A DNA stretch of 64,000 bases, taken from the NCBI GenBank assembly GCA_023402505.1, contig JAEYGD010000367.1, positions 3,870 through 67,869 of the forward strand, written 5' to 3'. Below are positions 44,873 through 53,784 of this stretch, in pieces. The stretch is from Actinomycetes bacterium (GTDB lineage Bacteria > Actinomycetota > Actinomycetes > Mycobacteriales > Micromonosporaceae). A program made the translations under genes and the position numbers. Position 1 is the first letter of the stretch. Every line of letters starts with the position of its first letter. The notes beneath the pieces are model-generated. The model did no database searches, was not told the origin of the DNA, and worked only from the letters and a program-made list of their open reading frames with translations.

Positions 44873-46086
44873 AATCCGAGATCCGGCACTCCGACCTGCT
44901 CGGTGAGTCGCTTGCGGGAGTTCTTCAGCGTCCCGCACGAGCCATGCTTACCGCACTCGGCACGGTCCTCGGCATCGGGGCGTTCGTCGCTGTACTCGGG
45001 CTCACCACCAGCGCGACCGGCCAGATCAGCAAGCGGTTCACCACACTGGTCGCCACCGAAATCATGGTCGAGACGGCCATCGAAAGCGGCGGAGCAGACC
45101 CTACACAGCCTGTTGCCTTTCCCCGCGATGCTGCATCCCGAGTCATGCGGATCGACGGCACCACGCATGCCGGTGTCTTCTGGACCCTGGCAGAGTCGCA
45201 GACAGGGGGCATCGCCGGTCCGCTGTCCCCCGGTGAGACAGAAAGCCAGCAACAGGTGATTGCCGCAGATCCAGGCACGTTATTGGCCGCAGGGTCGCGG
45301 GTCCACGCGGGCCGGCTGTTCAACGACTTTCACGACCGACATGAGCAACGGGTCGTCGTTCTCGGTCATGCGGTCGCCGGCCGACTCGGAATCACTAACC
45401 TGGCTTACCACCCCGCAGTACTCATCGGTGATCAACCGTTCACGGTCATAGGCATCATCGACGACGTGAAACGCCGGCCAGAGCTGCTGCTGTCGGTGAT
45501 CATTCCCCGCCGTACCGCCGAATTGCTGTGGCCAGCGATGCCCGGCGAGCCCATCTCGCAGCAGATGCTCATCGAGACCAAGCTGGGAGCTGCCCAAAGG
45601 GTCGCAGAACAGCTACCCATCGCCCTCGATCCAACAGGGCGGAGCCAATTCAAGATTACCCCGCCTCCGGACCCGCGGGAACTGCGTGACAACGTCGACG
45701 CTGACCTCAGCACGCTGTTCATCGTGCTCGCCTCGGTTTGTCTGGTCATCGGTGCAGTAGGTATCGCGAACACCACGCTCGTCGCTGTGCTGGAAAGGAT
45801 TCCTGAGATCGGACTGCGGCGCGCCCTCGGGGCCCGCCCTGGACACATCGCCGCTCAATTCCTGACCGAAAGCTCAGCCCTAGGCACCCTCGGTGGGCTG
45901 ATAGGAACCAGTCTCGGGGTGGCGGTCGTGGTAACCGTAGCCGTAGTGCGCGACTGGACACCCATCCTGCAGCCTTGGACGGTGGTACCGGCCCCACTCG
46001 TTGGCACAGTCGTCGGTCTAGCTGCAGGCGTCTATCCCGCCTTACGAGCCGCGCGGATCGAACCGGTGGCGGCGCTGCAACGATAG
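44869..46086 (+). CDS. ABC transporter permease, FtsX/MacB-type
   Basis: N-terminal TM helix, a large extracytoplasmic domain, and a C-terminal FtsX-like 3-TM bundle with RIPEIGLRRALGARPGHI. Confidence 0.85.
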   Translation: MKSEIRHSDLLGESLAGVLQRPARAMLTALGTVLGIGAFVAVLGLTTSATGQISKRFTTLVATEIMVETAIESGGADPTQPVAFPRDAASRVMRIDGTTHAGVFWTLAESQTGGIAGPLSPGETESQQQVIAADPGTLLAAGSRVHAGRLFNDFHDRHEQRVVVLGHAVAGRLGITNLAYHPAVLIGDQPFTVIGIIDDVKRRPELLLSVIIPRRTAELLWPAMPGEPISQQMLIETKLGAAQRVAEQLPIALDPTGRSQFKITPPPDPRELRDNVDADLSTLFIVLASVCLVIGAVGIANTTLVAVLERIPEIGLRRALGARPGHIAAQFLTESSALGTLGGLIGTSLGVAVVVTVAVVRDWTPILQPWTVVPAPLVGTVVGLAAGVYPALRAARIEPVAALQR

Positions 46087-46419
46087 ACCAACGCACTCTG
46101 CCGGAGATTCTCGATGAACTCAACACCGAGTTCGGACGGGTGATCCCGCAGCATTGGGGTCCCCAGCATCAAACCGCTACCATCCGTCCCACGAAGCTAC
46201 GTGCCGGTGCGAAGGGTAAGCCTCCGTAGAGCGAGCAAAGGCGGCGGCATCATCACCGCCACCAGATCGCACCGGGTGCAGCTATAGCTGATACTCACGG
46301 TGACCGTCGGTCGGCGAGGAGGACGCCGCGCTCGCGGGCCTCGGTCACTCCCGCATGTACGTTCCGTTCCCCTCACGGCGGGTGACGATGGTTTCCTGGC
46401 TTGTTTCGACGCTTGACTA

Positions 46420-46870
46420 CGGCGAGGCGTCCGGCACCGGCTGACGGTCGTGGGCACCGCAGCAGTGTGCGCCGTGGTCGCCGGCTATTGCTCGTATACC
46501 GCGATCGCCGAATGGGTCGCCGACGTGCCGGCAACAACGGCTCTGGCCGTGGGCATGACCCCCGATCGGCGCCCATCGGAGGCGATGATCCGTCGGCTGT
46601 TGCAGGCCATGGACCCGCAGCTACTTACCGCGGCGATCGGCGTCTGGCTCGCCGGCCGGGCCACCGCCGCAACCCCGACGGCCGGCAGGGCCGTCGCCGT
46701 AGACGGAAAGACCCTGCGCGGCTCCCACACCACCGACACCGCCGCCCGGCACGCAACGCCGCCATCGGCGCACTACGGACCGCCGGCATCACCAACACCG
46801 CCTGCGCCAACCGGCACCACGCCCGGACAGCACCCGCCCGCAAAACTGGGGTCGACCCACCCGGCAAGGA
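46420..46870 (+). pseudogene. ISAs1-family transposase remnant (internally deleted, frameshifted)
   Basis: RGVRHRLTVVGTAAVCAVVAGYCSYTAIAEWV ... AVDGKTLRGS is an ISAs1 N-terminal signature. In another frame, AAIGALRTAGITNTACANRHHAR is a C-terminal signature. The DDE core is missing. Confidence 0.6.
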
Positions 46871-47060
46871 CGCGGACCGCACCGACGACACCGAGCCCGA
46901 TGAGTGACAGTGCCACCGGTAGGGCTGAGCCCGGCTCGGCAACGTAGATCGGCGGCACCCCAGGTGGCTGAGCGAGTAGACGCTCAGCCCACCCGTGGGT
47001 TTTCGAGCACGAAGCCGGCCCTTTTTGCGTTTTGTCGGCAGGCCGTCGTGCCTGTGGACG

Positions 47061-48563
47061 TCACTCGCTGCGGCTCGGGCGTCCTGCGTGGCCGGGCTGC
47101 CGACGGGTCCGCTTCCGCGCGATCCCCGGTCGTCGGGGGTAGTCCGGCGGTAGGTACCGGTAGACCGAACGCAGCGACTTGCCGATCCTCTCGGCGAGCA
47201 GTTCAGGGTCCAGGTTCGGCTCTTTGCGCAGCCAATAGGCCACTGCCTCCGCGGTTGTCTGCGGAATCTCCGAGTCCCCGTCGCCCACCTCGTCGTCGGC
47301 GTCATCGCCAGCACTGTCTTTGTCGTCCTCGCTCCCGCCTGCCGGGTTCGCGACGGCCGGTCCGTCCGGCGGCGCAGCGTGGGGCGGACCAGCGCCGCGG
47401 CTGTCGGCAAGCTGCTGATGGCCGTTGTCGTTCGGGGCCGGCTCGGGGTCTCCCTCTGGCTCCGGTTCCGGCTCCTGCCGCTCATCGCCTGGCGTGTCTG
47501 CCGCCAATGCGGTGGGCGCTGGCGAGGAGGAGGCGGGCTCAGGTGCCGGTGGCGCTTCGGCGACGTCTTCTCGTCGGAGCCAGCGACGGCGGCGACGTGC
47601 ACTGTGAGCGGTCATGATTCGCTCTGGGGCGAGGTCTGCGGCCAGGATCGTGGTCAGCCCGTTGTAGTCGGCGGTGGCCGCGAGGCGGGCGGCGATCTCG
47701 TCCAGGTCGTACACCTGCACGGCGATGTCGGCGGTGGTCGAGTCCATCGTGGCTCTGATCTTGCGGTGGAGCACCTTGGCGATCGCGGCGTCGCGGCGTT
47801 GGCGGGCGATCGCGTCGCGGGCCGCGGTCAGGGACTCGTACAGGTCGAGACTGTCGGCCTTGGCGATGGACCGCGCCCGGGCGGTGACGACGGGGTGGCA
47901 GATCCAGTGGGCGAACACCTCGTAGGAGGGGGGTGCGGGTGGCAGGCCCCCGGTGGCGCGCAGCCGGTCGCGGCGCTGGTTGCCGGCGTGCATCAACCAG
48001 ACGAGGTAGCCGAGGGCGGACATGCCCGCGTAGAAGCCGCCGACCAGGGGGTCGGGGTGGGCGGCCCAGTTGAAGGCCACGGCCGCGGCGGCGATCGCGG
48101 CGGACAGGAGGCGGGACACCATGGCCTGTTCGCCGAGCCGGCGTCGCACGTCGGCGTTGGCCATCACGACCACGCCGCCGAGTTCCAGCGCCGCGACGGC
48201 CGGGACCGCGACGAGCACCGGGACGCCCAGCGTTTCGACGGCGCCGGTGACTTGTCCGACGAGGGCGACCAGCAGCACCAGGACGTAGAACGCCTGGCGC
48301 ATCCAGGCGGCGCGCCGGACCGCGGTGGCCAGGTCGGCATCCAGCGCGTCGCGCGTCGTCGGGGACGAGCCATGCCGACGCGCCGACCGGACCTGACGGC
48401 CGCTGCCCGGCGTCGTGCCGGGGGCGAGGACGGTTGCCGGCGGCGGCCACACGGCGCCGTTGCGGCCGTTGTTTGCCGGCTGCGGGACGTCGCCGCCGGG
48501 TGTGGGCTGATCGTGCCGGTTGTCGCGACCCGCTTCGGGCGCCGTCGGAGGGTGCGGCGTCAT
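47061..48563 (-). CDS. DUF2637-like membrane protein with acidic/P-rich tail and C-terminal HTH-like segment
   Basis: ATG at 48563 overlaps the upstream stop (ATGA). Four TM helices (YVLVLLVALVG, VLVAVPAVAALELGGVV, LLSAAIAAAAVAF, FYAGMSALGYLVWL) fit the DUF2637 pattern. Confidence 0.7.
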   Translation of the reverse strand: MTPHPPTAPEAGRDNRHDQPTPGGDVPQPANNGRNGAVWPPPATVLAPGTTPGSGRQVRSARRHGSSPTTRDALDADLATAVRRAAWMRQAFYVLVLLVALVGQVTGAVETLGVPVLVAVPAVAALELGGVVVMANADVRRRLGEQAMVSRLLSAAIAAAAVAFNWAAHPDPLVGGFYAGMSALGYLVWLMHAGNQRRDRLRATGGLPPAPPSYEVFAHWICHPVVTARARSIAKADSLDLYESLTAARDAIARQRRDAAIAKVLHRKIRATMDSTTADIAVQVYDLDEIAARLAATADYNGLTTILAADLAPERIMTAHSARRRRRWLRREDVAEAPPAPEPASSSPAPTALAADTPGDERQEPEPEPEGDPEPAPNDNGHQQLADSRGAGPPHAAPPDGPAVANPAGGSEDDKDSAGDDADDEVGDGDSEIPQTTAEAVAYWLRKEPNLDPELLAERIGKSLRSVYRYLPPDYPRRPGIARKRTRRQPGHAGRPSRSE

Positions 48564-51418
48564 GGGTGTTGCCTGCCGTCTCGGGGATCGGGCTTTCCGG
48601 TCGGGCGTTGCTGTCGCAGGCCGGTGATGAGTCGGTCGGCGAGTTTGATGGTTTCCTTGCTGGGCTCGGCGTCGATCTCGTCGAGCCGGCGGGTGAGTGT
48701 CCGGCGCAGGGTGCGGATCTGCTCGGAGTGTCCCAGTGCGGCGTGGGCGCGCATCGCTTGCTGGTAGAGGGCCTCGGCGTACGGGTCGTGGCGGATCGCG
48801 GCCTCGAGGACGGCCAGGGCTCGTGCCGGGTCGGCGGTCGCGGCGGCGAGAGCGAGGTGGGCGTCGAGGGCTTGGCGGCGGATCCCCTCGCGGTGCGCCT
48901 CGATCCATTCGTAGTCGAAGCCGTCGGCGAGTGCGCCGTCGTATGCGTCGACCGCGCGTTGCAGCGCGGCGGTCCGGTCGGCGTGGGTGGTGGCGCGCTC
49001 GGCGTCGCGCAGCGCGTCGCGCATGCGCCACAGGTCCGTGTCGAGGGCGTCTCGGTTGAGGGAGTAGCGGCGTGACGGGTGGGTGAGGTAGGTGGCGGGC
49101 CCCCCGGTGCGGGCGAGGGCCTTGCGCAGGGCGGACACGTAGGTGTGCAGGCGGTGCGGCGCCTTCGCCGCTGGGGCGTCGGGGAGCAGGTCGTCGAGGA
49201 TGTCGTCCTGTGCGGCGTCGCCGTCGTGGACGACGAGGTAGACCAGCAGTTCGAGGGCTTTCGCCCGCAGCGGCAGGGTCGTGTCCATGTCCAGGATGCG
49301 GGCGCCGCCGAGGACCCGCACCGCGACGCGTCCGCCGGGAGGAGCCGACTGGTTGTTGCCCGCCTGCGGTTCTTCGACGGCCGGATCGCGCGAGTGTGAG
49401 ACGACGAGAGCGGAGTCCGCGGGGGTCGGCTCGTCGTCGGGCAGCGGCGTGTCCGGCTCGCCGTCTTCGGCGTGGTCGACCTCGTCAACAGCGACAGTGC
49501 CGGCTGGGGTCGGTTGTGGGTCCTGGCCGGTGGCAGGGCGGGGGGTTTCGGTCGGTGCGGGGGGCCGGTGCTCGCCGGTGTGCGCTTCGGCGAGTGTGGT
49601 GAGCACACCGATCGTCTCGGCGGGGGTGAGGACGCTCAGGCGGCCGATGTCGGCGGGGTGCGTCCCGTGGCGGGTTTCCCCTGCGGCGGGGGCGGTGGTG
49701 CCGTCGGTGTCGACGACGACGGCGTTCCCGTCTGGCCAGGCGCCGAGCAGGATGCCGTGGATGTCGAGGCGCTGTCCCTGGGCGAGCAGCGTGGCGACGC
49801 GGGCGCGCTCGTGCGCGGCGGTGGCATCGGCGATGAGCACCATCGGCGGCAGGGGCTCGGCCGTCGGGTCGGCGTCCCGCACGCCGGCGACGGTGTCGAC
49901 CTCGTAGTCGAAGCACACCCGGGTGCGACGCAGCGTCTCGTCCTCGAGCATCGCGAGGGCGTCGGTGAGCCCGCCGGTGACGGTCAGCCGCGGCGTGTCC
50001 GGCACGCCTACCGCGGCAGCACCCAGCAGCGCCACCAGGGCGCCCGAGGGGATGACGACCCGGCTGCGCCCGTTCGGCTCGTCCAGGCCGCCGGAGGCGA
50101 GGGCGGACACCAGAAAGCCTCGTGCTGCCGCTTCGGCGCCCGGTCCGGTCAACCCCAGTCCGAAGGGTGGCCACACCGCGATCAGAGGGCTGGCCAGCGC
50201 GGGCGTGACTGGCGCTGGCACCTGCGTGGCCACGATGTCGGACTCGTCGTCAGGTGCTGCGGTGCCGCTGGCGGCCTGGTCCCGTACGGGCAGGAGCGCG
50301 GCTTCGTGGGGGTCCTGGCGGCCGGCGGCGCCGCGCAGGCCACGGTGGATGCGTCCTACGACGCGGGGCATCGGGGCCATGGCCGGGTCGTCGAGGCAGG
50401 GCAGGGCCGAGGGCGCGCGGGGCACGTAGCGGCGCCGCCGGTGAGCCCAGACCAACGCGACCGCGGCGGCGATGGCGCAGGCCAGGCCCTCGTCGACCCA
50501 GCTGCCGCCCGGTAACCCCACGCCGCGGGAGGCATCCTCGCTCGGGCGATGGGCGTCGGCATCGGCCTGACCGGCGGACTGCTGCGCAGGCCTGCTCGGC
50601 GCGGTCGGGCTGTCGACGCCGGCTGCGGATTCCGGGTCGGTCGCCCCCGGGGTGGGTGCTGCGGCCGGACGCGTCGGCGTCGTCTGCCCGCCCGGCCCGG
50701 TGTCGCCGCCCGGCGCGGTGTCGGTGGGCGGGCGGGGCGTGGACGGTGCGGTGACGGCGGGGTCGGTGGGCAGGTGGAGGGTCCAGCCGGGGTAGATCAG
50801 GTCCGGGTCGCGCAGGGTGCCGCCGACGCGGGGGAAGCGGGCGCCGCGGTTGAGGGCGTAGATCTCCGGCCACCGGTCGGCGTCGCCGAGGGTCCGCTCG
50901 GCGATCCGGCACAGGCTGTCCCCGCGGCGCACGGTGTAGGTAGATGCCGCGGGCGCGGCCGGTCGAGCGTCCTGGGCCTCTCGGGATGCTGCCGCCGGGG
51001 TGGGGGTGGCTGTTTCGTCTTTCGTGATCAGGTCGTCGCCTGTGGTGGTGACCGGGGCGGCGTGGGCGGTGGCGCCTGTGGCGGTGGTGACGGCGGTTGC
51101 GCCGAGCAACGCCGCCGTGAGGCTCTGGATCGGGCCGGGAAGGCGAAGCGCGACCGACCAGCGCCACCGGCGTGCCAGTGCGCGGTAGACGTGGGTGAGG
51201 GCGGAGGTGACCAGCAGCAGCCACAGCGCCGCCGCCGCGGCGACGGCGAGGGCGGTGACGAAACCGACGCCCATCGGTTGAGCGATCCACCGGCGGACGG
51301 CGTCCGGTGCGGGCAGCGCCGGCGCCCAGGCGCCGGTGGCCGCGAGAACGGCGGGGACGGCGGCCGTGGACGAGACGCTCGTGGCGATTGCCAACACGCG
51401 TGCGGTTCGGGACGTCAA
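48560..51418 (-). CDS. membrane-anchored LysM + SARP-type (OmpR-wHTH + BTAD) regulator
   Basis: Probable TTG start at 51418, preceded by GGGAGG. N-terminal TM helices. LysM motif YTVRRGDSLCRIAE ... IYPGWTLHLP. A further TM helix, then RVLGGARI ... LELLVYLV (wHTH) and a BTAD (DTDLWRM ... AYDGALADGF ... DPYAEALYQQAMRAHAALG). The track ATG at 51544 lies inside a tandem repeat. Confidence 0.75.
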   Translation of the reverse strand: MTSRTARVLAIATSVSSTAAVPAVLAATGAWAPALPAPDAVRRWIAQPMGVGFVTALAVAAAAALWLLLVTSALTHVYRALARRWRWSVALRLPGPIQSLTAALLGATAVTTATGATAHAAPVTTTGDDLITKDETATPTPAAASREAQDARPAAPAASTYTVRRGDSLCRIAERTLGDADRWPEIYALNRGARFPRVGGTLRDPDLIYPGWTLHLPTDPAVTAPSTPRPPTDTAPGGDTGPGGQTTPTRPAAAPTPGATDPESAAGVDSPTAPSRPAQQSAGQADADAHRPSEDASRGVGLPGGSWVDEGLACAIAAAVALVWAHRRRRYVPRAPSALPCLDDPAMAPMPRVVGRIHRGLRGAAGRQDPHEAALLPVRDQAASGTAAPDDESDIVATQVPAPVTPALASPLIAVWPPFGLGLTGPGAEAAARGFLVSALASGGLDEPNGRSRVVIPSGALVALLGAAAVGVPDTPRLTVTGGLTDALAMLEDETLRRTRVCFDYEVDTVAGVRDADPTAEPLPPMVLIADATAAHERARVATLLAQGQRLDIHGILLGAWPDGNAVVVDTDGTTAPAAGETRHGTHPADIGRLSVLTPAETIGVLTTLAEAHTGEHRPPAPTETPRPATGQDPQPTPAGTVAVDEVDHAEDGEPDTPLPDDEPTPADSALVVSHSRDPAVEEPQAGNNQSAPPGGRVAVRVLGGARILDMDTTLPLRAKALELLVYLVVHDGDAAQDDILDDLLPDAPAAKAPHRLHTYVSALRKALARTGGPATYLTHPSRRYSLNRDALDTDLWRMRDALRDAERATTHADRTAALQRAVDAYDGALADGFDYEWIEAHREGIRRQALDAHLALAAATADPARALAVLEAAIRHDPYAEALYQQAMRAHAALGHSEQIRTLRRTLTRRLDEIDAEPSKETIKLADRLITGLRQQRPTGKPDPRDGRQHP

Positions 51419-51538
51419 CCTGGCCTCCCTCGATCGTCCGGTCCGCAACGCGTGCGCGGCGCGGACGGGCGGCGGTGGACAGTGCCGTGACGCTATGACC
51501 GCCGGCGCGGTCGCGGGGCGAGATGCGGCCTGACAGCA

Positions 51539-51568
51539 CCTCACACGACCTCACACGACCTCACACCC
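51539..51568. repeat. tandem 10-bp repeat (CCTCACACGA x2 plus partial third)
   Basis: Read directly from the sequence. On the minus strand it reads GTGTGAGGTC GTGTGAGGTC GTGTGAGG, about 120 bp upstream of the probable start of the LysM-SARP gene. Confidence 0.85.
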
Positions 51569-51709
51569 CCAGGTCAGTGCCATGACGGGTGTCGGCAGAG
51601 GAGCGGGCGGTCGACGGAGGTGTCGGGGGAGACCCATGCCGCAGGGGAGACGAGCCGTCGCTGGACAGAAGCGGCGACGACGGCGCCCGTAGCCGCCGCC
51701 GACCGGTCG

Positions 51710-53782
51710 CTATCGGCGGGAGGCGGGGGCGTCGCGCATATTCGTGGCGGTCGTGGCCGCGTCTGCGTCCGGGCGCAGGCCTGCCTGCGTGAGGCGGCGG
51801 GCGTAGCCGTCGCGCAGCTCGTGGGCCGCGTCGTGCTCGCCGAGCGCGACGAGGGTGTTCACCGCGCGGGTGGTCAACTCGGCGTTGTAGGGGTCGACGC
51901 GGATCGCGGCCTGCAGCAGCGCGATGGCGCGGTGGGGGTCGGGGGTGGTGTCGGCGAGGGCCACATAGGCGTCGATCACGTGCCGGCGGATGGCTTCGCG
52001 GACAGGGCCGAGCCAGGGCCAGGCGCGCCCGGCGGCGAGGTCGTCAGGGTAGGCGTCGATCACGGCCTGCCAGGCGATGGTGGTGTTGGTGACGGCGGTG
52101 GCCGCGTGTCGAACCGCGTCGTAAAGGCGCCACAGGTCGACGTCGATGTGGGTGGGGTTGAGGCGGTAGCGGTCGTCGGCGTGGTCGATGACGTTCAGCC
52201 CGGACGCGGTTCGGATGACGCCGCGGAGTTCGCTGAGGGTGGTGTACAGCCGGCTGGTGAGGGACTGCCGGGGGACGCCGGGCCACATGGCGTCGATCAA
52301 CGGCCGGGTCTCTGCGCCGTCGGGGTGGGCGGCCAGATACACGAGGACCTGCAGGGCGGCGGTACGCCGGACGGTCACGGCTCGCCCGTCGACGAGCAGA
52401 GCCGGCTCGCCCAGCACGCGCAGTTCCAGCCGTCGGCCGGCAGCGGCGGACCGTGCGCGAGGGCTGCGGCGGGACGGCTGCCGGGGTACTCGCCAACCCG
52501 ATGTCGCCTGGTCGATCGAGGTGACCGGCGTGGCGTCGGGCGGTGTCGGTTCGGGGTGGGCGATCACAGTGAGCAGGTCGGTGGCGGCGATCCGGTCGAG
52601 GACGCACCATCGTGGCCCGGACCAGTCGGGGCGGCGCGGGTCGTGCAGGTGGCCCCCTGGATCGGCCTGCCATGTCGGCCCGGCAGGCCAGCGGCCCAGC
52701 AGGACAACCACGCCGCCGCCCGGCGCCACCGCATCCGCCAGGGCCGCCACGTCGCGCCGGTCGCCGTCGTCGATGAGCAGAACCACTGTCGGGCCACCAC
52801 CGGCGACGGCCGGACCGGCCGGGCGCGGGCCGGAGTCGTCACGCGCCCGGACCGACCGGCCGGCGGATTCCGCAATCCGCGTTGCTTCGTCGATGGTGTC
52901 CACGACGGTCAGCTGCGGCAGGCGCCGCCCAAGGGTCTCCGCGTGGGGGCCGAGGAGTCTGGTCAGGGCTGCCCTCGTGGTGACCAGTGACACCGCCGGC
53001 TGACGTTGCCCGGCCAGCAGCACGGTGACCAGAAGGCCCCGTCCGACGGCCAGAGCGCCCGGCCCGGTGATCCCCACACCGGTGGCCGGGAGGACGTCCC
53101 TGAGGGCGGGTATGCCCGCCGGGGAGGCCGGAGCAGCAACCGGGGCGGGCGCGTCGGCGAGGGCGGCCTGCACGGCGGCGACAGTCGGGGGCAGCGGGGC
53201 CAGATCGGGATCCTCGCGCGCGGACTGTCGGGGCGGGTGAGGCCGGTAGGCGCGGCGGCGGCGCAGCCATACCAGGGCCGCGGCGGCGGCGACGTGCTCG
53301 GCGACGTCACGGGGCAGCCATCCCGCCGGGACGGTGATCCCGTCGTCCGCCGACACACCTGCGTCACGGGTCGTGGGGTCGTCGAGGGTTCCCGCCGTCG
53401 CCGGCTGCGGTGGTTGTGGCGGCGCCGCGGCGACCGCGTTGGTCGTGACGCCGAGGACGGCGGCGCCCGCCATCCCGCTGGCGGTCGCCTGCAGCGGTGT
53501 GGGCAGCGGCAGGCGCCGCAACCAGCGTGCCGTGGCGCGGACGCGGGTGAGGACCCGGACCGTGACCGTGTAGGCGAGCACCAGCCACAGCAGCCAGGCC
53601 GCGACGGTCAGCGCGGCGGTGAGGGTCTGCTCGGTCAGCGGCTGCCGCACCCACTCCCGCATCTGCTCCCCGGACGGCCGCCCACCCATCGGCGGGCCGA
53701 CCAGGGACAGCAGCACCAGTGGCGGCCCGGCCAGGAGCGCGAGGACGACCAGCAGCGACATCAGCTGCCTCGGCCACCGCAC
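51710..53782 (-). CDS. membrane-anchored SARP-type (wHTH + BTAD) regulator, paralog of 48560-51418 without LysM
   Basis: The TM layout matches its paralog. C-terminal LRVLGEPALLVDGRAV ... LQVLVYLAAHP ... DVDLWRL ... DPYNAELTTRAVNTLVALG. The start is either the GTG at 53782 or the ATG at 53761. The track start at 53896 would overlap the upstream gene by 112 nt. Confidence 0.7.
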   Translation of the reverse strand: MRWPRQLMSLLVVLALLAGPPLVLLSLVGPPMGGRPSGEQMREWVRQPLTEQTLTAALTVAAWLLWLVLAYTVTVRVLTRVRATARWLRRLPLPTPLQATASGMAGAAVLGVTTNAVAAAPPQPPQPATAGTLDDPTTRDAGVSADDGITVPAGWLPRDVAEHVAAAAALVWLRRRRAYRPHPPRQSAREDPDLAPLPPTVAAVQAALADAPAPVAAPASPAGIPALRDVLPATGVGITGPGALAVGRGLLVTVLLAGQRQPAVSLVTTRAALTRLLGPHAETLGRRLPQLTVVDTIDEATRIAESAGRSVRARDDSGPRPAGPAVAGGGPTVVLLIDDGDRRDVAALADAVAPGGGVVVLLGRWPAGPTWQADPGGHLHDPRRPDWSGPRWCVLDRIAATDLLTVIAHPEPTPPDATPVTSIDQATSGWRVPRQPSRRSPRARSAAAGRRLELRVLGEPALLVDGRAVTVRRTAALQVLVYLAAHPDGAETRPLIDAMWPGVPRQSLTSRLYTTLSELRGVIRTASGLNVIDHADDRYRLNPTHIDVDLWRLYDAVRHAATAVTNTTIAWQAVIDAYPDDLAAGRAWPWLGPVREAIRRHVIDAYVALADTTPDPHRAIALLQAAIRVDPYNAELTTRAVNTLVALGEHDAAHELRDGYARRLTQAGLRPDADAATTATNMRDAPASRR

Positions 53783-53784
53783 TC

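Noticed and set aside
51539-51568. Tandem repeats considered as a possible CRISPR or VNTR locus.
   Set aside because: There are only about 2.8 copies of a 10-bp unit with no spacers. No CRISPR-like repeat-spacer array exists anywhere in the window. It is treated as a regulatory repeat instead.
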